In this document: positions 49,573-62,110 of the stretch, piece by piece
How positions within the stretch are numbered: position 1 is the first letter of the stretch
Layout: each line of letters opens with the position of its first letter
From: Eledone cirrhosa
Lineage: Eukaryota
Assembly: GCA_964016885.1 (NCBI GenBank)
Contig: OZ024742.1
Coordinates: 309,442,001-309,506,000 of the forward strand
Reading direction: 5' to 3'
DNA length: 64,000 nucleotides
Made by a program: the position numbers and the translations under genes
The notes under the pieces: generated by a model
Database searches by the model: none
What the model was told of the DNA's origin: nothing
What the model saw: only the letters and a program-made list of their open reading frames with translations

Positions 49573-49720
49573 ACTAAAGAAATTTTAGCCTGATAATGGG
49601 GTTTAGAACCCTCAGATAAATGGAAAAAGATGAGTATTGACGTACATGTATGTCTATACTCATCTTTTTCCATTTATCTGAGGGTTCTAAACCCCATTAT
49701 CAGGCTAAAATTTCTTTAGT
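49573..49720. repeat. 148-bp spacer-less palindrome
   Basis: 74-bp arms centred on aca|tgt (49646/49647), with only two non-Watson-Crick pairs, both near the centre. Confidence 0.95.
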
Positions 49721-51529
49721 CAAATATATATGAAAAGGTGATGCCCTTGAAGTTTTATTTTTAAAAATTGTAAAGTCAGTTTTCATATTAAGATGATATT
49801 TTACTTGTAATTAAGGCTAATCTTTGCTTTAACAGAGAAGGCCTTAAAACATTTGTTGTAATTGAGTTTAGTTGATGTCTCAAAGTGCTGTTTATTCTTG
49901 TATATTTTGAGGTTTTAGGGAGTCTTCCTTTTCATTTAAATGTTGTTTAATCCAAGTCAGTCCTGAGTGAAAAGACCTACTTTGTTATCAACTTTTCAGC
50001 TATAAACACCAGATCTTTCTTTTCAGTGTTGACAGATCCTCAGCCACCGGTTTTGACAATGGATCTTCAGTTGTTTGATTAATTGAATATCTGACAAGTC
50101 CTTAAATTAATGTGCAAGTGGCCAAGTATTCCATTAACATAATGCCCAAGCTGAATCAGTGTGACAAGCCTGGACTTGCGAATCGAAGTACACTCTATCT
50201 GATGGTCATCTTCTATACACTTTCACTAACAAGACAATTGTGCAAGTGTAACGAAGTTGTATCAAACCCAGGACGTTATTGCAAAATTAACTTCTTAACC
50301 ACTCAGCCTTATTATATTTGGAACTAATTTATTAAATATGTCCTTCCATATTGCTAATATGGTAGACTATATTTTGATGGAGATTTAGCTGTTATTTTTA
50401 GCAAATCAAGCAACTATGTTGAGGCCCTCATGGCTAATGTGTGTATGTGAATCACTATAAAGCCTCGATTTTGTGTCTATTTTTTCTTCTTTTATCCTGA
50501 CAATTCCTAGGGCTTTTAAGTTGTCCCTACATGTCCTGAGTTCCTTCAGTCCTGCTTAGGTCAGCTATGTCTGTCCTTGATAAAATATGTACCAGTAATA
50601 TACTGGCATACAATTCAATAATACAACCACTTATAAACATTGGAACAAAGAAATTTTATGTAACTCATTATTATTGTCGTGGATTGGCAGTATCGGTAGA
50701 GGGTCGGACGCCATGCTTTGCAGCATAGTTACGTCCCTTTACGGACTGAGTTCAAATCCTGCCGAGGTTAACTTTGCCTTTCATCCTTACGAGGTCGATA
50801 AAATAAAGTACCAGTAATACACTGGGATAATTGCTGGCCTTGTGCCAAAAGTAGAAATTATTATTGTCATCATCATTAAGATTCAAGCAGTAAGAGAGAT
50901 GGTAGAGCAATTTATAGTAATTTGAAATGTAGTTGCTCCAAACACAAATGACTATAATAATAGTTGAAAATCTCAGTTAAAGTACCGCTGGAGACAGAAA
51001 TGTCTGCAAGAAATTGAACCACACGACTTTCAGATGCTGGCTGAAAGTGTTAGCCATAGCATAATAAATAACACACTAAGCCAACATCTTTCTGTTGCCA
51101 GAGGCACCTGACCCAATTTGTTCCCAACTGTTATTGTAGTCATTTGTATTTGGGACGACTACAATTCAAATTTCAAGTTTTCCTAATTCCTCTTAAGTCA
51201 ACTGGATGTTTATATTTCATTGTAATTTCTTTTTTACGACTCTAGATTCTGATTTCTAATCTTATTATTATTATTGGCTTTCTTTAACCCAGGTCAACCT
51301 GATTCAACAGATCTATTATCGAAGATGTTACAACTGTGATCATCATGCCTTTCTTTAACCCCAGGTCAATCTGATTCAGTAAACCTAAAATCACTGATTC
51401 AGCAGACCTATGATCAAAGATGTTACAACTGTGACCATCATGCCTTTGTTTTCTCTCAGGCATACCATATTATATTATATCTGGAACTATATTATTCAAC
51501 ATCATCTAATGCTAGCAAGGTTCTTTTTT

Positions 51530-51745
51530 TTAACCCTTTAGCATTTAAATCGGCTGTATCCGGCCAGAATTCACTCACATCTTTCTGTTCAAACTAGCCA
51601 TAACTTGCCACTCATACTAATGTTAAGGTAATGTTCTCAAAATAAATAATATCAAGATCTCATAGAATTGATATTATATGAGATAAAGCCTTTACCGCGA
51701 AAATACAATAGTAAATATAGAGTAATGTAAATGCTAAAGGGTTAA
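51530..51745. mobile_element. piggyBac-type MITE
   Basis: Complete TIRs and TTAA TSD. Confidence 0.9.
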
Positions 51746-52838
51746 GACAGTAGGGTGTAATTTGAGGCTGATATTTCTAACAAGTCAAGCAGTCATTTAC
51801 ATACACACAGGCCACTCAGTCTTCTAGAGTTCATATAATGTATACCAGCAATACTCTAGAATCAATCTAATTCAATATACACCTGACAGTCTTCTGCTTA
51901 GTTCTTCATTATCATTTTGAAATTATTGTTATTGTTGTGGTTATTGTTGATATAACAGAAGAGGGTGGTGGATTGACAGTATCAGTAAAGCATCATACAA
52001 CATGATTTACAGCAAATAGGTACAGCCCTTTACTTTCTGAGTCCAAATTTTGCTGAGGTCAACTTTGCCTTTCATCCTTCTGGGGTTGATAAAATAAAAC
52101 ACCAGTCAAATATAATTGACTTTCCCCTCTACATGTATTGCAGGCCTTGTGCCTAAATTAGAAATCATTATTATCAAAAAGAAATCCTCATCAGCATTCT
52201 TCTTCTTATTATTATCATTAGTGTTAGTAGTAGTAGTAGGGCAGTAGATTGGCAGAGTTGTTACAGCATCAGAGAAATACTTTGCAGTATTTGTCCCAGC
52301 CTTTTGGGTTCTGAGTTCAAATCTTGACGAGTCAATAAAATAAAGTACCAGTCAAATAATGGGGTTGATATAATCAACTTTGCCCTTCCCATCAAATTGC
52401 TGGCCTTGTACCAAATATAGAAACAATTAGTAGTAGTAGTAGGCGGACAGAATTTGAAAATTTGTAAAATGCCAGAACAAATTGTTTTTTGGTATGTTTG
52501 TCTATATTCTGGTTTCAAATCTCACTGAGGCTGTCTTTGTCCTTTATTCTTCAAGGGTTAATAATATAAACACAAATCAATTACTGAGGTTGACTTAATT
52601 CCCTACACAGTTCTCCCAAAATTTGGGCCCTTCCTCAATGTTAGAAAAGAAATCAAAACATTATTATTTCAAATGTGTACTCTCAGGTTTTGAATAATAG
52701 CCCTCATTCCCCACTCTCGTTTAGTAAATTTTGCTATACTATCTCCAGTGAAATTTTATTGTAAGTAATTCATATTGATACAGCATCTGGAGAATCTAAT
52801 AATTTTATTTTACATTAAAAAAATATATATATATATGT

Positions 52839-53176
52839 GGAGGCACATGACTTAGTGATTAGAGCATTGGGCTTGCAATCGAAAGGTTGTGAGTTCAATT
52901 CTCAGACCGGGTGATGTGTTGTTTCCTTGAGCAAGACACTTTATTTCACATTGCTCCAGTTTACTCAGCTGTAGAAATGAGATGATAGGGACTGGGGTCC
53001 CTATCATTCCACTGTAAAGTGGAGGTGTAGGCGCCACGGCAAAAAAGCACCCAGCGCTCACTGTAAATGAGGTTGGTGTTAGGAAGGGCATCCAGCTGTA
53101 GAAATCAAGCCAGAATCAGTTCCCGTCCCACCCTTGCAAGCAGGGAAAAGCGGACGTAAAATGATGATGATGATGA
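52839..53176 (+). mobile_element. Full-length family-A SINE nested in a TA-flanked MITE (about 52679-53281)
   Basis: tRNA-like head, RTE tail, (GAT)n; the flanks rejoin to match the element at about 6953-7215. Confidence 0.85.
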
Positions 53177-53299
53177 CAAATAAAGAACATTACAAGAAAT
53201 CCTATATTTACGAATGTACACTATACAATTATGACCCCCACCCCCGCTTATAAGACCCCCCAATATTTGGGACCCGAGAGTATGTCCCTATACAAATGA

Positions 53300-53936
53300 C
53301 CATAATAATAATTGTTTTGACATTAGGCACAAGGTCAGCAATTTGAAGGGAAGGGTAAAAGTCGATTAAATCGACCTGTTTTACTGGTACTTTATTTTAT
53401 CGACCCCATAAGGATGAAAGGCATAGTTAACCTCAGCGGGATTTGAACTCAGAACACAAAAGGCCGTAACTCTATGCCACAAAGCATGCCAGACGCTCTA
53501 CTGATTCTGCCAACCGACCATAATAATAATAATTGTTTCTACTTTTGGCACAAGGCTGGCAATTATTCCAGTGTATTACTGGTACTTTATTTTTTCGACC
53601 CCGTAAGGATGAAAGGCAAAGTTAACCTCAGCGGGATTTGAATTCAGAATGGCAAGGGCCGTAACTCTATACGTCAAAGCATGGCGTCCGACCCTCTACC
53701 GATACTGCCAATCCACCGTCCATAATAATAATAATTGTTTCTACTTTAGGCACAAGGCCAGCAATTACCCAGTGCATTACTGGTACTTTATTTTATCGAC
53801 CCCGTAAGGATGAAAGGCAAAGTCAACCTCGGCGGGATTTGAACTCAGATCGTAAAGGGACGTAACTATGCTGGAAAGCATGGCGTCCGACCCTCTACCG
53901 ATACTGCCAATCCACCGTCCATAATAATAATAATAG
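53300..53936 (-). mobile_element. Three tandem family-B SINEs
   Basis: Three bodies each bounded by ccataataataat. Confidence 0.92.
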
Positions 53937-54141
53937 TTGATTACTATAGTCAATAGTTACGAAAATCGAGTAAAGTACCCTTGGAGATAGAAAAAAGGAG
54001 ACAGAGGTGCCTTTGTATGCTTTTTCAAATTTAAAATTTTATCCAATGCTTCTTAAGTCAACCACTTTGTTTACATTATAATTATTATTAATAATAATGG
54101 TGGTGGTGGTGGTGGTGGTGGTAGAAGTAGTATAAATATCA

Positions 54142-54147
54142 TTTATT
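54142..54147 (-). terminator. Candidate polyadenylation signal of the 920-aa gene
   Basis: AATAAA on the - strand about 570 nt after the stop, at the end of U-rich unique sequence. Confidence 0.45.
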
Positions 54148-54719
54148 CAAAATACATCACAATTTTTAAATGGTATTAAATATTAATTATTTTAATAGGG
54201 AGCTGAAACAATGATATGAGAGGGTAGGCGGGGAAGTTCTGCGCGTGAGTGTGAACATGTAATAAATAGCAGTGGAAAAAAAGCTTGGATGACAAACAAT
54301 ATTGATGACTTGACTATGACAGTCGTTATTGTTAATGTGTGTTTCAGACAGATTTTGAAATGCTTATGAAAAAAAAAAAAAAATAATAATAAATAAAATA
54401 AAATAATTTTTTTAAAAAATGTGTTCTATTATATTTGATGGCTTTAGACGGCCTACTGTATTGAAACAGTCACAAGCTGAATGAAAACAGGAACTGTAAC
54501 AGAGCATAATGAAATGAAGGGTGCGGGTGGAAAAATAAATTTAAAAAAAAAAAACAATAAAGAACAAACAAAAAAAATGAAACAAAAAAATTAAATAGAA
54601 TTAGAAAAGTCATGACAAAATATATACAGTAAAAATTATAAATATATTTAGTCTTAGAGCTTTGAGAGAGGATGAGAGAAGGGGGGTTTAAAGTTATAAA
54701 TGACATTGAAATGAAATTT

Positions 54720-57482
54720 TTAGATATGTGCAAGAGTTTTAAATTCAGTGTCATCCTTGTTTTGTGGATTTTTACGAATAAATTTCTTTTGAAAATTCCA
54801 AAATTTTTTCATCACAGCCTTCTTATTACGTAGTCGGAAGCCATCAACAATGGGCTGCCGATTCCTTTTGATTTCATGGTTTTCTGTGGGGCCAGTAGAA
54901 GCTCCTGCTACTGTAAGTGCAGGGCTATCAGGAAGAGAAACAATCTGAGGAGATTGGTAAGATTTTCGACAAGCTCCCAATCCAGAGTCTTTGGAAATAT
55001 GCGGTGTATCTCTAGAAGAACATATAAATTCTTGGTCAAATAAAGGCATATGTCCACTTTGGTCAAAATCTGATAAATCAGTGTTTTCCTTATTGTTTAA
55101 TCTGGATCTCCGATGTTCTAATATTCCTCTGTGTCTCCGGTTACTGGAAGAATTGTTACTGGACCTCTTGTCATGATTCTTTTTTACCACTTGCCTTTGG
55201 ACCTTTACTTTGGCTCCCTCTGGTTTCATTTGATTGTCATTGGAGATGTTAGATATCGGGCTGAAAGGGGACAAGCCTTTATGACACCGGGAAGACTTAC
55301 CAGGTGAAAAATACACAGAACTTGTGTCATGGAATGAATCTAAAGGAAAACTGTGATCATTATGTGATGATTTCTCTTTACAGAGTTGGTTGGTTGAATA
55401 TGTTGAACGAGGCACTTTTTTACTCTTGATTAAAACTGGATTGTGATCTTGTTTGGGAAGAGAAGTGGCAGAACAAGCAGCATTTTGATGTGTTGAAGAT
55501 GAAGAAGAAGAACCTTGTAGAACAAGGTTTTGTGTTTTAGATGCTGAGAAAGATTGTGTAGGCTGCTTCAGAAGATTCTTTTTCTTCTCAGTTACCAAAT
55601 TTGTGTTCTTTTGAGGCAGATCATTGAGAAAACTTTTATTAGTCAATGACCACTCATCAGGTTGTGCTTCTTGCTCAAATGAAATTAATGAAGGAGAGCT
55701 CATATCAATAGACAGGGGAGAGATAATTACAGGTCCTTTTCTCTCCAGTGATAAGTCTTTCTGACTGTTTCTGGTCGATGATAAAATATTTGAGGCATGT
55801 TTAGAAGAATTTGAGTCGTAACTCTTATCACTGGTTTCAACATTTTCATTCTCAGCCTCAGAATCACTGCTGCATGACTGACCAACACAGTCAGGTCTTT
55901 CCCCAAGAGACACTGACAATGAAACTGAACTGTCAGAGAGAATAGCTTCATTTTTCACATCTCCACTATCATTATAAAGAGATTGTGATTGTTCATTGGA
56001 TAAAGTATCAATCTGAACAAATGCTTTGTTACCCTCCTCAAGGGACATATCAAGGCTGTCACTAGCAGAAATATGTTCTTGTTCTTCTACCGAAGATAAA
56101 TTTAAAGAACTACTAGGTAAGACTAATTCTTGGCATGGTCCTGAAGAAGAATCTGAAATGTTTGGTAATGGAGAAGATGTAAACTGACCAGGATCAATTC
56201 TAGATTTAAACAACCTGTAGCTACTTGTGCCTGATACTACCTCTGCATTCATGCTCTCTGGGGTAGACCAGGTCTGACTGGTGCCTGGATATGACGTGTC
56301 AGACAAAACAACACTTGTATGTGACTCCAAACATGCAGCTTCATTTTTACTCTCTCTACCGGAATCAGTCAGTACCAAATCTGATTGACCAAGACGACCA
56401 ATTGTTTCATTTAGAAGATTAGTAGTTTCAGAAAACTGGTTCTGGAAATTTCTGCTGGAATTATTTTTGGATTTTAAATTACTATTTACAATCCTCTTTT
56501 TGCGACAACTTTTTGTATTGCTATGAAACTTTTTCTTTCGTTCATGATGAGCTGAAGTTGCAGTATTTTGTTCTGTGCAATTTTCCAACTGACACTTTTT
56601 GATAAGCTTCCTTTTGCGTGAGATCACCTGTTGTCGTTTCGGGGATTTTTCCCACACTTTTTTAGTACGAGCAGTTTTCTCAATTCGACACTGTTTAATA
56701 TAGTGTGAATGGTACTCAAATTTTGTAAGACCTCGTGGTTTGTTATAATTTTGACCATAAGGGCAGTCTGATGTGTCCCCTGTGAAGGCAGGGTAACCAT
56801 CAGTTAAACTTGATAAAGATGAAGTAGATAAATGTTCAATGTTAGCTTCATTATCAGTCTCAATTCTATGAATACTGCTTAAGTTAGCATATGTTGGTCT
56901 CTTTTCCAAACGGGGTGTTGTAACATTTAACTCTGTTGGTTTTCTTCGTTCATCATTGGAACAAACTTGCCGTTTATCTGATACAAACTTGGAAAAAGAA
57001 TCTTCTTTAGAATATTTTGTTGTCTTTTTAGGCCACGAGGATGTTGATGACAATGACGAGGACATTGGTGGTGACAACAAACCATGGCTCTTTAATGAAA
57101 CAAGTTGATTTGCAGGGGACTGCCCCATATTTGATGTTGAATTGTGTGACATTGGTGAACAGTATAACTTATAGTTTCTAGTCTGGCTGTGTAATATAAC
57201 AGGAGGCATTGGTGTTGGCTCAGCAGATGACAGCAAATTTTTACTTCTTGTGTCGAAAAATGTTGACTGTTCAAAACTCTGATCATCATCATCGTCTGTG
57301 TCACTAGACATTTTTAATAGAGCTTCGATGACATGGTTACCATAATCTACTGCCACATTATTCGAAGATGTAATCTGGAGAGGCATACAGAGAGGGAGCT
57401 TTTCCATATTGGGCAAAATTGTTCTACAACCCATCCGACAGAATGTTGTTTTTAATTTTTCTTTCACAGAATATATTATCAT
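54720..57482 (-). CDS. Uncharacterised 920-aa Ser-rich, largely disordered protein with basic NLS-like clusters; CDS in a single exon
   Basis: 2763-nt uninterrupted, non-repetitive ORF in AT-rich DNA. A strong acceptor (ttttgtttttattttcag) opens the exon at 57545, and an in-frame TAG lies directly before the first ATG. No transposon motifs. The true start could be a later Met. Confidence 0.88.
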   Translation of the reverse strand: MIIYSVKEKLKTTFCRMGCRTILPNMEKLPLCMPLQITSSNNVAVDYGNHVIEALLKMSSDTDDDDDQSFEQSTFFDTRSKNLLSSAEPTPMPPVILHSQTRNYKLYCSPMSHNSTSNMGQSPANQLVSLKSHGLLSPPMSSSLSSTSSWPKKTTKYSKEDSFSKFVSDKRQVCSNDERRKPTELNVTTPRLEKRPTYANLSSIHRIETDNEANIEHLSTSSLSSLTDGYPAFTGDTSDCPYGQNYNKPRGLTKFEYHSHYIKQCRIEKTARTKKVWEKSPKRQQVISRKRKLIKKCQLENCTEQNTATSAHHERKKKFHSNTKSCRKKRIVNSNLKSKNNSSRNFQNQFSETTNLLNETIGRLGQSDLVLTDSGRESKNEAACLESHTSVVLSDTSYPGTSQTWSTPESMNAEVVSGTSSYRLFKSRIDPGQFTSSPLPNISDSSSGPCQELVLPSSSLNLSSVEEQEHISASDSLDMSLEEGNKAFVQIDTLSNEQSQSLYNDSGDVKNEAILSDSSVSLSVSLGERPDCVGQSCSSDSEAENENVETSDKSYDSNSSKHASNILSSTRNSQKDLSLERKGPVIISPLSIDMSSPSLISFEQEAQPDEWSLTNKSFLNDLPQKNTNLVTEKKKNLLKQPTQSFSASKTQNLVLQGSSSSSSTHQNAACSATSLPKQDHNPVLIKSKKVPRSTYSTNQLCKEKSSHNDHSFPLDSFHDTSSVYFSPGKSSRCHKGLSPFSPISNISNDNQMKPEGAKVKVQRQVVKKNHDKRSSNNSSSNRRHRGILEHRRSRLNNKENTDLSDFDQSGHMPLFDQEFICSSRDTPHISKDSGLGACRKSYQSPQIVSLPDSPALTVAGASTGPTENHEIKRNRQPIVDGFRLRNKKAVMKKFWNFQKKFIRKNPQNKDDTEFKTLAHI

Positions 57483-57628
57483 CTATATTACTGTCAATCA
57501 TGACATCAGAGTTGACAACCAGTGAATTGTGGGATCAAATACAACCTGAAAATAAAAACAAAAAACAAAAATAAATATTGAGAGCTTACAAGAAGTCACA
57601 TCATTCCATTTACTTGCTTCAATAAACT

Positions 57629-57845
57629 TTAACCCTTTAGCATTTAAACCAGCCATATCCAGCCAGAATTCTCTAACCACCTTTCTGTTAAAACCAGCCC
57701 TAACTGGCCACTCATACCAATGATAAGGTATTGTTCTCAAAATAAATAACATCAAAATCTCATAGATTCGATATTATGAGAGATAAAGACTTTACCCCCA
57801 AAATACATTAGAATATATAGAGTAATGTAAATGGTAAAGGGTTAA
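57629..57845. mobile_element. piggyBac-type MITE
   Basis: TIRs and TTAA. Confidence 0.88.
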
Positions 57846-58170
57846 ACTTTACATATTATGTAGGATAATGGGTTTCTTTTTACATATATTCACACAACCT
57901 TAAATTTGGTCTTATTCCTTTATATGGGATTGTGGTGATTATTCAGTAGAGTGTCGGACAACATGCTTTGTGGCATATAGTTACAACTCCTTACATTCTG
58001 AGTTAAAATCCTGCTATGGTGAACTTTGCCTTTCATCCTGGGGGGGGGGGGGGGGGGGTCGATAAAATAAAGCACCAATAATGCACTCGGGTCAATTTAA
58101 TTGACTTTCCAATTTCCTAAAATTGCTGGCCTTATGCCTAAATCAGAAATCATTATTATTAATACATATA

Positions 58171-58368
58171 AGGCGGTGGATTGGCAGTATCGGTAGAGGG
58201 CTGAACGCATGCTTCGACGCACTGAGTTACGGGCCTTGCCATTCTGAGTTCAAATCCTGCCGAGGTTAACTTTGCCTTTCATCCTAACGGGGCCGATAAA
58301 ATAAAGTACCAGTAATGCACTGGGTAATTGCTGGCTGTGTGCCAAAAGTAGAAACAATTATTATTAAT
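58171..58368 (+). mobile_element. Full-length family-B SINE with TSD
   Basis: GGCGGTGGATTGGCAG head; flanked by the direct repeat attattaatacatataag. Confidence 0.88.
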
Positions 58369-60692
58369 ACATATAAGTGTGAGAGAGGTAGAGCTTGATG
58401 AGTTGAAGGAGAAGCTGGGTTTAAGAGGAATTCGAGGTGGTGTGCAGGAGAGAAGACTGCATTGATTTGGACATGAACAATGACAATTGGATGAAGAAGT
58501 GCCAGTGGAAGGAAGTCACAATAGAGGTAGACAAAGAAAGACTTGGGCAGAGGTTGTGAAAGCTGACCGCGAATTACAGACTCATAGAAGCGATGACAAA
58601 GGATCACGTGTGGAGAGATGCTGTGCTGAGGACCCATCCAATCTATGTAAGCATGGAAAAGCGGATGTAAAAATGAAGATGATGACAATGAGGGTAGTGG
58701 ATTGACAGTATCGATAGAGCGTTGGACAAAATGCTTTGTGGTATTTAGTTACGACTTCCAATGTTCTGAGCTCAAATCCAGCCAATGTCAATTTTGCCAT
58801 TCATCATTCTGCAGTAGATAAAATAAAGTACCAGTTAAGTACTGGGATCAATATAATCAACTTTCCCCTTCCTTCAAATTGCTGGCCTTGTTCCAATTTT
58901 AGAAATAATTATTATTGAGGACAATAAATTGGCAAGTATTTGATGGCACTGTGTAAATTGGCTGTGCTGGTATTGCAGAAACAATGCACTGAGTAAACAC
59001 TCTAAAGTGGTTATGTTAAGAAGGGCATCCAGCCATAGAAACCATGCCAAATATGTAATGTATGAGCAAGATGAAGATGGTTAGACTTTTTTAATGTAAT
59101 ACCTGTATGTATAATTTTTCAATTCCAATTACTTGCACCAGCCGACTCTGATATGTAAAATTGGGGGTTTGGTGAGTATTATGATTTTTTGTGTATGATG
59201 GGCCCTCCAAGGTCCAAATCTGGCCCTGCATACATACACACACGAATACATACTTGGACAAAAATAAGCAAACATACATACACACAGGTTTCCATAACTG
59301 AACAATTGTTTCTACTTTTGGCACAAGGCCAGCAATTACTCCAGTGCATTACTGGTACTTTATTTCATCAACCCTGTAAGGATGAAAGGCAAAGTTAATC
59401 TTGGCTGGATTTGAACTCAGAACGTAAAGGGCCATAACTCAACGCTGAAAAGCATGGTGTTTGATGCTCTACCAATACTACCAATCCACCAATGCAGTAC
59501 CAATACTGCCAATCCATCAATGCTCTACCGATACTGCCAATCCACCAATATTCCTACTTTTGGCACAAGGCCAGCAATTACCCCAGTGAATTACTGACAC
59601 TTTATTTTATCGACCCCGTAATGACGAAAGGCAAAGTTAACCTCGGCAGGATTTGGACTCAGACTGTAAAGGGACGTAACTCTATGCTGCAAAGCATGGT
59701 GTCAGACCCTCTACTGATACTGCCAATCCACCACCCTATTCATTCTGAATAATATGAACTGTTACATTGTGGAGAAAGCGAGATTGAGACATAGCAATAG
59801 AGAGAAAGAAGAATGGCCCACCACTCTATACATACAAACCAAAACAATACTCTCTATTTGGAAAGAATTATGCAGAAGGGGAGAGGGAGGGAGAGAGAGA
59901 GAGAGTCTCAGTAAATACCTCTATATTTTGTCTTCAAAGAAACACTACTTTTTTCTGATCTCTTTCCCATTTCTTCTCTCTCCCTTTAGAAATAGAAAAA
60001 CTAAATCTCCCTTATATTATACCCTACCATCTTAAAATAAGGAAGGAGACATTAGATAATGAAGTTTTAAATACAATATGTCTGGGATTATCACAGCTGG
60101 AATGTCTTTGATCATTTGATCATAAAGTCTGCTGGATCATCACAGTTTAACCTGAGGCTAAACACACTGTAAAACCTTCTTCAATATCTCATGATAGAGA
60201 ATGTTGGGGTGGAGCAGAGAAACTGAAAGGACAGGTTTCTTGTGCTGTCTTTCATTTAGAGATAGATTTCTATCTCATTGTCTGTTTCTATCTTCTCAAC
60301 ACCACAGCTGGCTGTAGTCATAATAAAAATAAATTTAAAAAAAAAAAGCCACTGGCAGGACTTGAACCATAGATATCTCCCTTGTTATGTAGCTGCATGA
60401 CCAATTATATTGGAAGGTTTAGTGTAGAAACCATGCCAGATATGGAACCATGAGCTAGACAGGTCACTCTGACCTGTCTGGTCTTGGACTGTGACAAACC
60501 ATCCAATATATGCCAGCATGGAAAGCAGACGTAAAATAGTGATAGGAAGTGTCTGTTAAAGACATACCCCAGTATGGCCACAATCTACACTAGATAATAA
60601 ACTATGAATATAGCATGGCTTTCCATAATACCACGTGTGTGTGTGTATATATATATGCCTGTAACTACTTAAAATTTACACACAAACATATA

Positions 60693-61374
60693 CAGTCGAG
60701 TCCGCTTAAGAGTATATCGGATAAGAGTATAGCATAATCAATTCCCGAATTTATGTACTATGTTTTGTACAGTGCATGGGTCCGCTTAAGAGTATATCGG
60801 GTAAGAGTATAGCATAATCAATTCCCGTTTATATATTTTCTATATAATTTAGTCCGAATAAGAGTATAATGAATACGGTAAAGTAAATTGGGCTTATAAT
60901 GTAACATAACTATTTTAAAACAATTCAAAATGAAATGCGATGATGTCATTTATACAACCATTCTAAAAGCAATTTAAAGTTTAAATTTTGAAAATTATAC
61001 TCTGAGATCGAGGAATTGATTGAAAAAAAAATTGCAAGCAATTGAGTGCAAAAAAGCATTTTGGACTATTTTTAAGAAATAAAAATTGCATACCAATATG
61101 TTGAAATATTGCTTAATTTATCTATAATTTGCAATAATTCTTGTTGAATTTTTTGGTGTAACTTTCATTTTTTTAACTTATAAATGCATTTTAAACGATA
61201 ATAAAGCGATTTTTAATCATTGAAAGACTCAAAATAATAATACTATGGAATCATCATCACCGTTTTACGTCCGTTCTTCCACGCTAGCATGGGTTAATCC
61301 GGATAAGAGTATAGTCCGGTTAAGAGTATACTATTTTCCATTCCCAAGGGTATACTCTTAAGCAGACTCGACTG
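60693..61374. mobile_element. pogo/Tigger-type non-autonomous element with subterminal repeats
   Basis: TA|cagtcgagtcYgcttaagagtata TIRs at both ends; many internal taagagtata motifs. Confidence 0.9.
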
Positions 61375-62110
61375 TATACACACACGATTCATTTTCTATT
61401 TCAGTCATGTTGCTTTCCAATCACAAGGTCCTGGGTTCTAACTTCATATTTGTCCCTGTAATTAATTTTTCTCTCCATATTTCTTGAGTATATACAGTAT
61501 ATGTTTAACCCTTCCATTACTATATTTCTAATGAAAGACACTATGTATAATTATCAAACAATTCTGAAAAATAATCAAGAATTTGGAAGAATTTAGTAAT
61601 ATAACTAACTTTATTAAGTTGGTGATGGAACATAACTTAACAAATGTTTTAAGATAAAATCATGATTGAAGGTTTTTAGATAAAAATATACATATTAAAA
61701 TAATCTAGAGGCAATTTGGTATCAAAGGGCTAAAAAACAAAAACACTAAAGAACAAATGTAATTTGTTTTCCATTATAATTTTTATGTAAGAACCTTTGT
61801 TAAGTTATGTTCCAAACACCAGCTTAATAATAAGAAAGTTGAGTTATATTACTAAATCCTTTCAAATTCTTGATTATTTTCAAAATTATTTGAAAACCTT
61901 AGATAGTGTTTTTCATTAGAAATATAGTAACACCCACTACCTGCTCCTGGGGTGTCTTTAGTGGTACACACACTGATGAAAGCATTTGGACCGGAACTCA
62001 GTTCCATCCCTACAGATGTTCAAAGCTGAAAAATCAATGATATCAATCTCACCAGTCTGTGGGAGTCTGTAAATTCCATGTACACCCCCACCACCACACT
62101 ACCTACTCAC

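Noticed and set aside
52839-52910. tRNA-Ala(TGC)-like sequence (also at about 3575-3647, 8203-8275, 48011-48085)
   Set aside because: SINE head: continues into the SINE body and RTE tail, and the cloverleaf stems are incomplete
61970-62010. CTGATGA hammerhead-like start
   Set aside because: No convincing helix II or GAAA follows
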